Shown here piece after piece: positions 55,431 to 64,000 of a stretch of 64,000 nt of DNA (the first letter of the stretch is position 1; the number at the start of each line of letters is the position of its first letter). The notes under the pieces were generated by a model. That model was not told the origin of the DNA. It was given only the letters and a program-made list of their open reading frames with translations, and ran no database searches. The stretch is from a virus. Where the stretch lies: the IMG/VR virus record IMGVR_UViG_3300020452_000548, positions 1-64,000 of that record; one strand, given 5' to 3'. Both the position numbers and the translations under genes were made by a program.

Positions 55431-56725
55431 TCCGATGAATCCTTTACATCATCGGGGTGTGAAAACGAACCATCTCTTAATCCCGGCCAACCATACCATG
55501 CTGAACCTGCGGGATCTCTTCTGAATATCTTGACCCTGCCTGTTGCATACAAGCTCGCTCTATTCTCAACAAGAGTAGCAAAGGACTCACTAACGCCTGT
55601 TAGCTTACCTGTCGCATCTCTTTCTTGAACCACTTCACCGACTACTAATTGTTGCAGCTTACCTTCTGTTCCGTCTAACCAAGCAGGTACTTCGCCACCT
55701 ACAACGACATTACCATCGCCATCGTAGTTTTTCTTCATGTGAGTTAGAAGATAGACATGAACGCCTCTTCGAGATAACTCTTGAAGTGCCGTAATAGCTG
55801 AATAATATCTCACCTTTCTGATGTTCCAATTGAATCTACCTGAGCCAAGAAGCTCTTTGTGAGGCTTACCCGATACAGATATTCCATCAACACCTAATCC
55901 CAAATCCTCAACCTTCATGAGAGTTTCACAGATGTTTAACCATTGGTCTGCACCGTCAAAAACTACGGTCTTGAGATAAGGACTGGGCATACGGCCATGC
56001 TGTCTAAAATATTCATTCTGCTTATCTGCCATTTCTATCTGCGCTCTTAGAATATCCATGACCTTCTGATATGTTGCAGGGAAATCGTAAGGTATTCTGC
56101 TTGTACTGTCGGGGTCAATAACCCAAGGGTCTAGCACAACAATGTTAGCTGAGCCACCATGATGAGCTGACTTGGTTGTTTCACCCGCAGTATCAAAATC
56201 ATGTAAATGAACCTCAGCACCATTGGCTTTTTCTTCATCAGTCAATGAATCAAGAGCCGAACCAGTCTTACCCGATTTGGGTGGTGCAGCCCAACCAACA
56301 AACACAGGTGGCTTGTTAGATAGGTGTGCTATGTTTCTCGCACCTTTGATTTGATTCCATGCAGGGTTGCTACTGTGAGTCATCCAATTCTTCTGGGCCT
56401 GTGCAGGTTTAGTCTGCTTAACTACAACAGGTTCTGGATCAGCTTTGGCGATTTGCGGAGCTACGGGTGGCGTAGGTGTTGATGCACCTGTGGCCTTCTT
56501 GTATTCCTCTTCAAGAGCTTCCATCTCATCCAACATCTCATCAGGCATACCATCCTTTAGCTCGGATACGAAATCATTCGTAGGAGCTTCTGGTACATTA
56601 CCCTCAAACCCCGAAGGGAGATTGAAGGACTGGGTAGGTGTTTTTGATGGCTTCTTCTCGATTGCGCCCTTTTCTGAGCTGGTATCAATCGGTTCAAAAC
56701 TCTCAAAGAATCCTGTTCCACTCAC
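55427..56725 (-). CDS. P-loop ATPase, RecA-fold/AAA_24 (Sak4-like recombinase) with a disordered N-terminus
   Basis: AAPPKSGKT, TVVFDG and LLTH; lies between the SSB-like gene and the exonuclease. Confidence 0.65.
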   Translation of the reverse strand: MSGTGFFESFEPIDTSSEKGAIEKKPSKTPTQSFNLPSGFEGNVPEAPTNDFVSELKDGMPDEMLDEMEALEEEYKKATGASTPTPPVAPQIAKADPEPVVVKQTKPAQAQKNWMTHSSNPAWNQIKGARNIAHLSNKPPVFVGWAAPPKSGKTGSALDSLTDEEKANGAEVHLHDFDTAGETTKSAHHGGSANIVVLDPWVIDPDSTSRIPYDFPATYQKVMDILRAQIEMADKQNEYFRQHGRMPSPYLKTVVFDGADQWLNICETLMKVEDLGLGVDGISVSGKPHKELLGSGRFNWNIRKVRYYSAITALQELSRRGVHVYLLTHMKKNYDGDGNVVVGGEVPAWLDGTEGKLQQLVVGEVVQERDATGKLTGVSESFATLVENRASLYATGRVKIFRRDPAGSAWYGWPGLRDGSFSHPDDVKDSSE

Positions 56726-58065
56726 GGCAAGCCACTCCACTTGTCGTCTGAGTTACCAAATCCATCAAATTGGGCAACATCGTTAGTGTCGGCAGGTGGG
56801 GGCGGAGATACGATTGAGCGTAGCGGTAGTGCATACACATTCAATCCATCCATGTTGTAGTTAATATCTCCAGAATCACGGCTAATCCATGTCCTTGTTT
56901 GAATAACGCACCATACCCTTGAGCCTTGTTGGTAGTCATGCCAACCATCTTCCTTCTTTACCTTGTGAGCATGATGGTCATTCACATGAGTAGCATTGAG
57001 ATTTACCCATACGCCTGAGTTAGATGGATCTTCCCTTCTCAAGCTTTGATTAGTCAGAACGATAGGATGCCTTGCACCACCTTCTGCATACTCATCGGGC
57101 TTACCATCAGAATTGATGTAATCTACTTCACCCATAACGGCAAATATCGGGCCAATTTCTCCACCGTTGTTCATGGTGATTTTATTCTCGGCTGAATCGT
57201 GGTAATTCATGTAGTCCTCAAGAGGGCATACAGGAACGAATTGAGCTATGTATTGGTCGGGTTGGAACATAGCGTTGGCCTTAGACAACGATTCTTCTGG
57301 AACCCAATCAAGACCATAGTTAGGGTCAAGGTTGCGAGCTTCTAAGATTCTTTCTTCTGTACCCCATGATGTTGCTTCTTCTGCTCTAAAGCTGATTGGG
57401 ACATTCATCACTAGCTTAACATTTGCCGCATCAAAGGCACACTCCAATATGACTGGAGCTTGTGGGCCTTCGGATAGAAACTTGTCAATGGTATTACCGG
57501 AGAACACCCATCGTGCCTTCCAAAGATATGCAATCTTTGGCTTACGATCTTGCTTCAATAGACAAATGTTAGCCACGCCACTATTGATTGGTATAACCCA
57601 ATTCGGTGGGTTCTCTTGCGTTCCGGGTTCAGTATGCAATCTGTTATCAGTCGCATCAACGGCAACCCAATTGCCGTTATCGAAATAAACACGGCCAATG
57701 GGGATATTCTTATCGTTATTCACGATACCATACTTGAGAACATTATCCATGTTGATTTCAGCTGCATCAACGGCATTCTGCCTTTGCCTTCTCATGTTGT
57801 CTTGCCTACCTAAGTATCCGATAATCATACCAACTTGTGTTTCACCTGAGCCACTACCGCCACCTGCTCTCCTTGCTGATGCTGCGTAGTATTGCTTGAA
57901 TACATCCAATTTGTCGTCTTTGTCCCAGTTATCTAATGATTCGCCCTGTGCGACCCATAAATCGGATAGAGCTGTTTTCAGCCATTCCGTAAATGCTGTT
58001 TCAACCTCATCCTTAGACAATCCTCTTTCTTTTGCTGTTGCTTTCAATTCCTGTGCGTATGTCAT
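56722..58065 (-). CDS. Putative ssDNA-binding protein (RPA/OB-fold)
   Basis: Beta-rich body with an acidic/Pro C-terminal tail; position in the recombination module. Confidence 0.4.
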   Translation of the reverse strand: MTYAQELKATAKERGLSKDEVETAFTEWLKTALSDLWVAQGESLDNWDKDDKLDVFKQYYAASARRAGGGSGSGETQVGMIIGYLGRQDNMRRQRQNAVDAAEINMDNVLKYGIVNNDKNIPIGRVYFDNGNWVAVDATDNRLHTEPGTQENPPNWVIPINSGVANICLLKQDRKPKIAYLWKARWVFSGNTIDKFLSEGPQAPVILECAFDAANVKLVMNVPISFRAEEATSWGTEERILEARNLDPNYGLDWVPEESLSKANAMFQPDQYIAQFVPVCPLEDYMNYHDSAENKITMNNGGEIGPIFAVMGEVDYINSDGKPDEYAEGGARHPIVLTNQSLRREDPSNSGVWVNLNATHVNDHHAHKVKKEDGWHDYQQGSRVWCVIQTRTWISRDSGDINYNMDGLNVYALPLRSIVSPPPPADTNDVAQFDGFGNSDDKWSGLP

Positions 58066-58118
58066 TCTCTTCTCTCTCCAATTACTGTTCGGGGAATCTT
58101 CGGATAGTCATACAATAC

Positions 58119-58490
58119 TTAACATCTCACACCCAATAGCTGTTCTAGGTGTGATATTGTAGCTACAACTTCATCATGCGTTGTTGGCTGTGTAATTTCT
58201 CCATTAGTAACTCTAACCATTTCTATACCATAAGAAGTAGGAGATAAATCTTCAATACCATCTATGGCCTCAAGTAGTAATGATATTTCATCGGGCTTAG
58301 AATACGACCCTCTTGCTTCCACACCGATGTTATCTAAAGCTCGAAGAATACTTTTGTTAGTCCTATTGAACCATAATTCTGGTCTGATTATGTATCCACA
58401 GCTAATCTCTTTGGTTATCTGACACTTGATACCACCACGAAGATTGGTCGCCAACACAATCAAATCTTTGATTTCTGGTGTTAGCTCCAT
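58119..58490 (-). CDS. Degenerate LAGLIDADG-fold-like protein
   Basis: Helix-G..I..GYIIRPELWF..NKSIL pattern; catalytic acidic residues absent. Confidence 0.35.
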   Translation of the reverse strand: MELTPEIKDLIVLATNLRGGIKCQITKEISCGYIIRPELWFNRTNKSILRALDNIGVEARGSYSKPDEISLLLEAIDGIEDLSPTSYGIEMVRVTNGEITQPTTHDEVVATISHLEQLLGVRC

Positions 58491-59911
58491 CCAATTTCCT
58501 CCACACCTATTACATCTGAAATGCCCGATGATGGACTTCCTTTGACTATATTACCTGATATGTATGGGCCGTAATCACCCCACCCCGCAGCATCAACAGC
58601 TACTTCAACAAAGCATGGAACATCAACTCTAATGTTCTCCCCTTCTTGCATCTTGTAAGTGGATTCTATGTGTCTCTTGATGTATTTTGTAGCTTCAGCA
58701 TTTGATTCTAGCTCGCCAAGAGGATAGTACCCTAATCCATCTCTTGCAGATACAGTCCAGACGGGATAAGGTGCAGATCCAGTCTGAAGCTGAACCACCT
58801 TACCATTAGTCACTCTCAAAACTCTTGGCTTTTTCTCAGCTCTAATCAGAACCAACTCATCGGATGTATTCTCATAAGACAATATCCCCCTCGCATTTCT
58901 TAGCACTACCGGGTTCTTTTCAGATAACTCAACAACCGATAATGGATCATCTAATTCAGTAAGAACCTTGATTGCCCATCGTGCTATTGTTTCTTTAACC
59001 CACTTCCTACGAGATTCAAATGACATTTTCGTATCATCGGGCGTGAGCCAATCAACAATCAACAACGGATTATCTCTCATCTCAGCATAATCGCACAGGT
59101 AAATCCCGTTTGGTATGTTAGCACCCTGCGCCCAACCTCTCAATGTAGTGGGGGCTTCCGGCAACTCGCCACCCGATGCCGTGAATCCCAAACATTGGTT
59201 GTCATTGATATGTATAGTTACCCACGCACCTTCAGCATTTTCAACAAAACATTTGGTGAATTGGATTGAGGCGGGGTCATCAACAAAGGTCGGAGATGGA
59301 ATCACCAAAGGCCAACCGTTTCTGGGCCTAATTACTTCATACTCAAAAGCCCCACCCGATAACAACATGGCCGTTTTCTTCAAACCAGTTAGGTTGATTG
59401 ATGAACGAATATGATGGAATCTCTCTCCATTAGCCTTAGCAAGCCCAGAAATAATATCACGCCTCTTTGCAGGGCCACCCCTAACACTTAACCTATGCAA
59501 AAACACCTTCATATCTCGACTGTTGAGTTTGAAGAATAATGGATGAAGAAGCTTAGACCTTGTTTCATTGTCTATGTTTGGTTTCAATATGCCTTCTATG
59601 CGAGTATAAGCAGATAACATAGACATATCCGTAACTTCGCTTTCACAAAGCTGACTGAGCAACACCAATGGATCTGGACTATCCTCAACCTCAGATGGGA
59701 ATGCACCAGTCAGCAGGTAATACATCTCACGAAAATCCTCATCAGACAATCTAAACTCAGAAGCTGGAGAATAGAAGAAAAAGGCCACAGGCCATTGATT
59801 GCTTGATGCGGCAATTAAATTGTTAGCAATTAAATCTGAACGGTTTCGAGCTTTAGTCAAGACTCTCCATGTTTCTGCGATAGCTCGGTATGATAGCATC
59901 GTAATCACCAA
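58481..59911 (-). CDS. ATP-dependent DNA ligase homologue lacking the catalytic lysine (pseudoligase)
   Basis: Full DBD-NTase-OB layout; motif I reads FVENAEGAWVTIH instead of ExKxDGxRxQIH. Confidence 0.65.
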   Translation of the reverse strand: MVITMLSYRAIAETWRVLTKARNRSDLIANNLIAASSNQWPVAFFFYSPASEFRLSDEDFREMYYLLTGAFPSEVEDSPDPLVLLSQLCESEVTDMSMLSAYTRIEGILKPNIDNETRSKLLHPLFFKLNSRDMKVFLHRLSVRGGPAKRRDIISGLAKANGERFHHIRSSINLTGLKKTAMLLSGGAFEYEVIRPRNGWPLVIPSPTFVDDPASIQFTKCFVENAEGAWVTIHINDNQCLGFTASGGELPEAPTTLRGWAQGANIPNGIYLCDYAEMRDNPLLIVDWLTPDDTKMSFESRRKWVKETIARWAIKVLTELDDPLSVVELSEKNPVVLRNARGILSYENTSDELVLIRAEKKPRVLRVTNGKVVQLQTGSAPYPVWTVSARDGLGYYPLGELESNAEATKYIKRHIESTYKMQEGENIRVDVPCFVEVAVDAAGWGDYGPYISGNIVKGSPSSGISDVIGVEEIGWS

Positions 59912-61374
59912 TAATCAGACAGTCTAATCTGCCCCAATCTAAATCCACTTGCGATAGATGCGACTCTATTTGGAATTAAAGCTGCAAACTCTTCATTCAA
60001 TTCGCAGATAACTGCATTTCTATTGTGTAGTATTGCGACACCTGCTGTTGTTCCCGAACCCCCAAACGGATCCAAAACAACTGAAGAAATGACTGGATGT
60101 TCATCAAGAGGCATATCGCTCTTGTATATCTGCATAATCTTGATTCTATCTTTTGTTTTGTTTTCTATGATTCTCTTCTTTACATCACTTGCAGGTTGAG
60201 CCATTGAAGATTCGTAATCCTTCTGATTATCTCCAAAGTACTCTCCCTTTGTAGTAACGCCCCATGTCGTTTTAGCCACCTGTGCAGGTGTCATCTCAGC
60301 AGGGATTACTACTTCTTCCATCACTAACTCACCAAAGCATTCACAACTTGGTTGCCAATCATTTCCTATTCTTGTATATGGTGAGCCACATTCGCCACAG
60401 CAACCGTGAGCTGATGTTGAAGCTAACACGCATGGTTCAATCAGCTCTGGTGGAAATACTGCGAAGTGTGCGCCTTTGTATGGCTTGGTAGTAACAGTCC
60501 ATACTGAACGCTTGTTTCTACCACTACCATTTGATACCCATTCATCACCACCAATCCCACCAGATACTGCTTGATGGTCTGCACCACCCTGCCTACTTCT
60601 GAAGCTATTGCCTGAACGACCACCACCATCTCTTTCTTTGATTGCTACATGATCGTAGTAATACTTCTTGTTCTTAGTGAGTAGGAATATGTATTCATGG
60701 GATTTAGTAGGTCTATCTTTAACACTCTCAGGCATGGGATTAGGCTTATTCCAAATAACATCTGAACGCAGATACCAACCATCAGCTCGTAATGCGAAAG
60801 CAAGCATCCAAGGTATTCCAATCAAGTCTTTTGGCTTGATTTCATCGTGAGTCCTATCTGTTGGCCTTGTCTTGCCCTTACCGCCTGTTGCATTATGATG
60901 AGCTTTGTTCAGACTGTCTGTTCTCGCAGCTTGGACTTCTGCATCTTTCATACCGCTACGACCTTTACCGCCCCAGTATGAATCACCTATGTTCAGCCAT
61001 AAGCTACCTGTTGGCTTCAGCTTCTTTCTTACCAGTCTAAACACTTCGACCAAGTTTTCTATGAATTGCTCAGGCGTATCTTCCAAACCTATTTGCTCAT
61101 CAATCCGTGTAGCACCGCATTTTAGACAGGCGTTTGATTTACCGCCTCTATGAGCCACTTCGGGTCTGAGAACATTCTTACCCCTCTTAGGATCATTCCA
61201 TTTGGTATCCATAGATACTGTATGCTCGCAGTTAGGGTCGCCCCCTTCCCATTCAGCCGTTCCGTAATCTCGAAGGCCGTAATATGGCGGAGATGTTATG
61301 CAAGTATCAATGGACTCATCCTCTAATTCATGTAATGAATCGAGGCAGTTACCTAATAGCAACCTGTAGCTCAC
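59905..61374 (-). CDS. N4-cytosine/N6-adenine DNA methyltransferase (beta class)
   Basis: ITSPPY, HFAVFPPEL, VLDPFGGSGTT; Cys-rich inserts. Confidence 0.92.
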   Translation of the reverse strand: MSYRLLLGNCLDSLHELEDESIDTCITSPPYYGLRDYGTAEWEGGDPNCEHTVSMDTKWNDPKRGKNVLRPEVAHRGGKSNACLKCGATRIDEQIGLEDTPEQFIENLVEVFRLVRKKLKPTGSLWLNIGDSYWGGKGRSGMKDAEVQAARTDSLNKAHHNATGGKGKTRPTDRTHDEIKPKDLIGIPWMLAFALRADGWYLRSDVIWNKPNPMPESVKDRPTKSHEYIFLLTKNKKYYYDHVAIKERDGGGRSGNSFRSRQGGADHQAVSGGIGGDEWVSNGSGRNKRSVWTVTTKPYKGAHFAVFPPELIEPCVLASTSAHGCCGECGSPYTRIGNDWQPSCECFGELVMEEVVIPAEMTPAQVAKTTWGVTTKGEYFGDNQKDYESSMAQPASDVKKRIIENKTKDRIKIMQIYKSDMPLDEHPVISSVVLDPFGGSGTTAGVAILHNRNAVICELNEEFAALIPNRVASIASGFRLGQIRLSDYW

Positions 61375-62912
61375 TCAGACCCCCCTAAGAAATCAAGAAG
61401 CGATGGTTGTTTGATTCTCTTCATAGTCAAATCCTCAGTTATTTCGTATTCACCCGAATGAGCTATCCTTGCCCGTGCGATTTTCACATAATTCTCATCC
61501 ATCTCTATACCAATGAAGCTGAATCCTTCCAAGTTTGCAGCTATCCCGGTTGTCCCACTACCCATGAATGGGTCAAGTGTGATGCCGTTTGGTGGTGTAA
61601 CAAGCCTACACAAATATCTCATCAAATCTACTGGTTTGACTGTGGGGTGGGTATTCTTTCTCAGAATGCCCCCTCTATTACGAGGATTGTTAGCTCCATC
61701 CTTTGATGTATCTTCTCTATCACTAACATTCTGAGCTTCAAAATTATCCAACCCTGCTTCTTTCTCTTTACCCGATGGTTTGGCGCAATAGAAGAATCGA
61801 GATGCACCGCCTTCATCGCCAATCTGGAATGTATGTCTTTCTTGTTGAACGCCATAGGTATTGAATTGCCCGCCTTTAGCTATTGAATCCATATCTCCTG
61901 ATTTCAAATGCCCGCTTTGCTCATCAAGAGCCTCGCCCGCTTCTTCATCAAGAATCACATTTGAGGGGAATCTACCTTGTTTTGGTTGATAGAAGAATCG
62001 AGATGCACCACCCAATCCGTCAAAGACACCGTTTGAATCACCTTCATTCTTTGATGAGGTACTCCATGAATTACCTGTTCCGCCTGATGTTGTTGTCTTT
62101 CTTGTAGCACTCATCATGTTGCCTACATTTGGTGCTTGCTCGTCAAGAATCTCGCCAGCTTCCTTATCCATAATTACATTCGCAGGGAAGCGACCTTTAC
62201 CTATGTCTTGAACACCGAAATTGCCCCCATGTAATTTGTTTCTTTCTTTACCTGCATTTGAGCCATCAATTCGTGAAGTGCCACCTTCTGCACCAATTCG
62301 GCAACCATCAATGTTTATCCCACCAGTCCCATGCTCAAGCACATTCTCAATTACTGTGCCGTCAATAGGCTTACGAGCTACTACAACAGGCTCATGAGCT
62401 GGTTTGAGAGCTGTCCCCCAACCTTCCCATTCTTTCGCTTTGGGTGATGTGGCTTTAGTAATATCATACTCGCCACCCATTTCACTTGAACCGCCTGTAC
62501 TCATATTGTAAGATGTTAGATGTGTTTCTGGTGAGCCACTACGACCTATCCCAATTACTTCTGATTCTACACCTTCGGCCTTGTCTATCGCCTTGCTGAT
62601 GTTCAATGACTTTGGGAATCCGCTACCATAAATCCACATGATTTGATCACGAATCTCAAACCCCGCATCCTCGACATTGACAGCTAACCTATGATATGTC
62701 CTTGAACCTGCAAATGCGAGAAGATGACCTCCGGGCTTGAGAACCCTAAGAGCTTCTTTCCAGATTTCAACTGAAGGCACATCATAATCCCATTGTTTGC
62801 CCATAAAGCTGAGTCCGTATGGTGGATCGGTCACAATTGAATCAACCGAATTATCCGCCATTTCCCTCATCGCTACTAAACAATCATTACAAATTAACTG
62901 ACTTGATACCAT
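61371..62912 (-). CDS. N6-adenine/N4-cytosine DNA methyltransferase (beta class)
   Basis: VTDPPY, HPTVKP, LDPFMGSGTT. Confidence 0.92.
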   Translation of the reverse strand: MVSSQLICNDCLVAMREMADNSVDSIVTDPPYGLSFMGKQWDYDVPSVEIWKEALRVLKPGGHLLAFAGSRTYHRLAVNVEDAGFEIRDQIMWIYGSGFPKSLNISKAIDKAEGVESEVIGIGRSGSPETHLTSYNMSTGGSSEMGGEYDITKATSPKAKEWEGWGTALKPAHEPVVVARKPIDGTVIENVLEHGTGGINIDGCRIGAEGGTSRIDGSNAGKERNKLHGGNFGVQDIGKGRFPANVIMDKEAGEILDEQAPNVGNMMSATRKTTTSGGTGNSWSTSSKNEGDSNGVFDGLGGASRFFYQPKQGRFPSNVILDEEAGEALDEQSGHLKSGDMDSIAKGGQFNTYGVQQERHTFQIGDEGGASRFFYCAKPSGKEKEAGLDNFEAQNVSDREDTSKDGANNPRNRGGILRKNTHPTVKPVDLMRYLCRLVTPPNGITLDPFMGSGTTGIAANLEGFSFIGIEMDENYVKIARARIAHSGEYEITEDLTMKRIKQPSLLDFLGGSE

Positions 62913-62923
62913 ACATTTTCACC

Positions 62924-64000
62924 TCAAAAGTCAAAGATAGATTTCTGCTCAACACGCACAGGCTCTTGTCTATCCTCAAGGCCATCCAAGATACCATCAA
63001 CAGCTTCGATGCCCATAGCAATCCATCTCATGACTGGAACGGCCATTGAATTGCCGAGAGCTTTGTATCTCACACCATCAGGGCATTCCTCAGCAGGTTT
63101 GCCCCGCCATGGTATCTGCGTGTAGTTATCTGGGAATCCCTGCAATCTCTCACATTCAATAGGTGTTAAACGCCTAACTACATGATGTGCTTGCGTGGCC
63201 TTTGAAACAAGTGTTTCAGAACCACCGCCCTGCGCCCCACCGGATGCCCTAACAGTACCCGCAACATCTGATTCCTTGTATTCTGTTTTCTTGCCGAACC
63301 CAGATGCAACTGCTGATTCATCTTCTGCAACCAATGGAACATTACCTCTATCTGCATTTGCAGCTAATGTGGGAGCTACACCCTCAAGCTCATCGTGCCT
63401 TGAGGTCATGAAATGGTTATCGAAAAGCTTCCGTTCCTCAGTTTGGAATACTGAATGATTACCTGCCGTGTCTAATGTAGGGCATGGGTCGCCCTCTTTA
63501 CCTATGCCAAGACCATTCTGAGCTTTGGTTCTCGTAGTCTTATCATGAATCGGGATTGCCGATGTTTCTGATACCAATGGAAGGTTGTTGCCCCCTGTTC
63601 CAGCTCTTGCTGTGATAGTAGGGCTTACATCAACCTCAGATACTCTTGAGTCTGTTCCATGATTCTCATACACCTTCTGCGTTATACCCATGAAATTGCC
63701 CTTATCAGGCATGGTTTGGTCTATGGATCGTGTAGTCAAGGTGCTTGTCTTGTCTGTTCCATCCCAAAACTCACCGATTATCTGACGCTCAATACCTGCT
63801 CTCTCTCCTGTGCCTTTACCGTATGAGGCATCAAGAGTATTACTTACAGGGCCATGTAGTGGTTCTTGATTAGATGTAGCTACAGCTTGACCTTGACCGC
63901 CAGCTCGAAGTGTTGGGAATACATCTTCTGATGGTTGGGCATCCAATCCTTGAGTATGAGAAAAACCAATCATTCCTCTTCCGTCTGACTGTTTTGAGTC
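62924..64000 (-). CDS. C5 cytosine DNA methyltransferase, C-terminal part (5' end outside the window)
   Basis: RRLTPIECERLQGFPD (motif IX) and YKALGNSMAVPV (motif X); the frame stays open to the window end. Confidence 0.88.
   Translation of the reverse strand, partial: DSKQSDGRGMIGFSHTQGLDAQPSEDVFPTLRAGGQGQAVATSNQEPLHGPVSNTLDASYGKGTGERAGIERQIIGEFWDGTDKTSTLTTRSIDQTMPDKGNFMGITQKVYENHGTDSRVSEVDVSPTITARAGTGGNNLPLVSETSAIPIHDKTTRTKAQNGLGIGKEGDPCPTLDTAGNHSVFQTEERKLFDNHFMTSRHDELEGVAPTLAANADRGNVPLVAEDESAVASGFGKKTEYKESDVAGTVRASGGAQGGGSETLVSKATQAHHVVRRLTPIECERLQGFPDNYTQIPWRGKPAEECPDGVRYKALGNSMAVPVMRWIAMGIEAVDGILDGLEDRQEPVRVEQKSIFDF

Noticed and set aside
1-64000. tRNA/rRNA genes, integrase, terminase, DNA polymerase, inteins
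   Set aside because: None were recognised by eye, and intergenic gaps are mostly too short for RNA genes. Terminase and polymerase probably lie outside the window; tRNAscan-SE and HMM searches would confirm.

Overview
This 64-kb window is part of a tailed dsDNA (HK97-fold, siphovirus-like) virus genome that most likely infects an archaeon. The GAGGTGA/GGAGG ribosome-binding sites, TATA-type promoters, a fused PriS-PriL primase, an ERCC4/XPF nuclease and an MCM-like helicase fit a marine Euryarchaeota (Poseidoniales/MGII, 'magrovirus'-like) virus; this assignment is inference, not a database result. The + strand (1-48904) is the morphogenesis region: head proteins, prohead protease-scaffold, major capsid protein, neck, a 2855-aa repeat fibre, tail tube, tail chaperones with a -1 frameshift, tape measure, and giant tail-tip proteins. 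The - strand (48898-64000) converges on it and encodes replication, recombination and DNA-modification genes. The most notable observation is a shared peptide tag, F(D/E)xAWxVAK|(A/G), on three otherwise unrelated late proteins: a C5-methyltransferase-like protein, an HExxH zincin-like protein and a Cys-rich protein. Together with many hydrophobic-x-Lys-(A/S/G) sites in head proteins, this suggests a capsid-targeting, protease-cleaved cargo system that packages enzymes into the virion. Other highlights are two degenerate ATP-dependent ligase homologues, a TGT/DpdA-like enzyme alongside four DNA methyltransferases, a shared palindromic operator, and three small ORFs missed by the ORF track. All product calls come from motifs recognised by eye.
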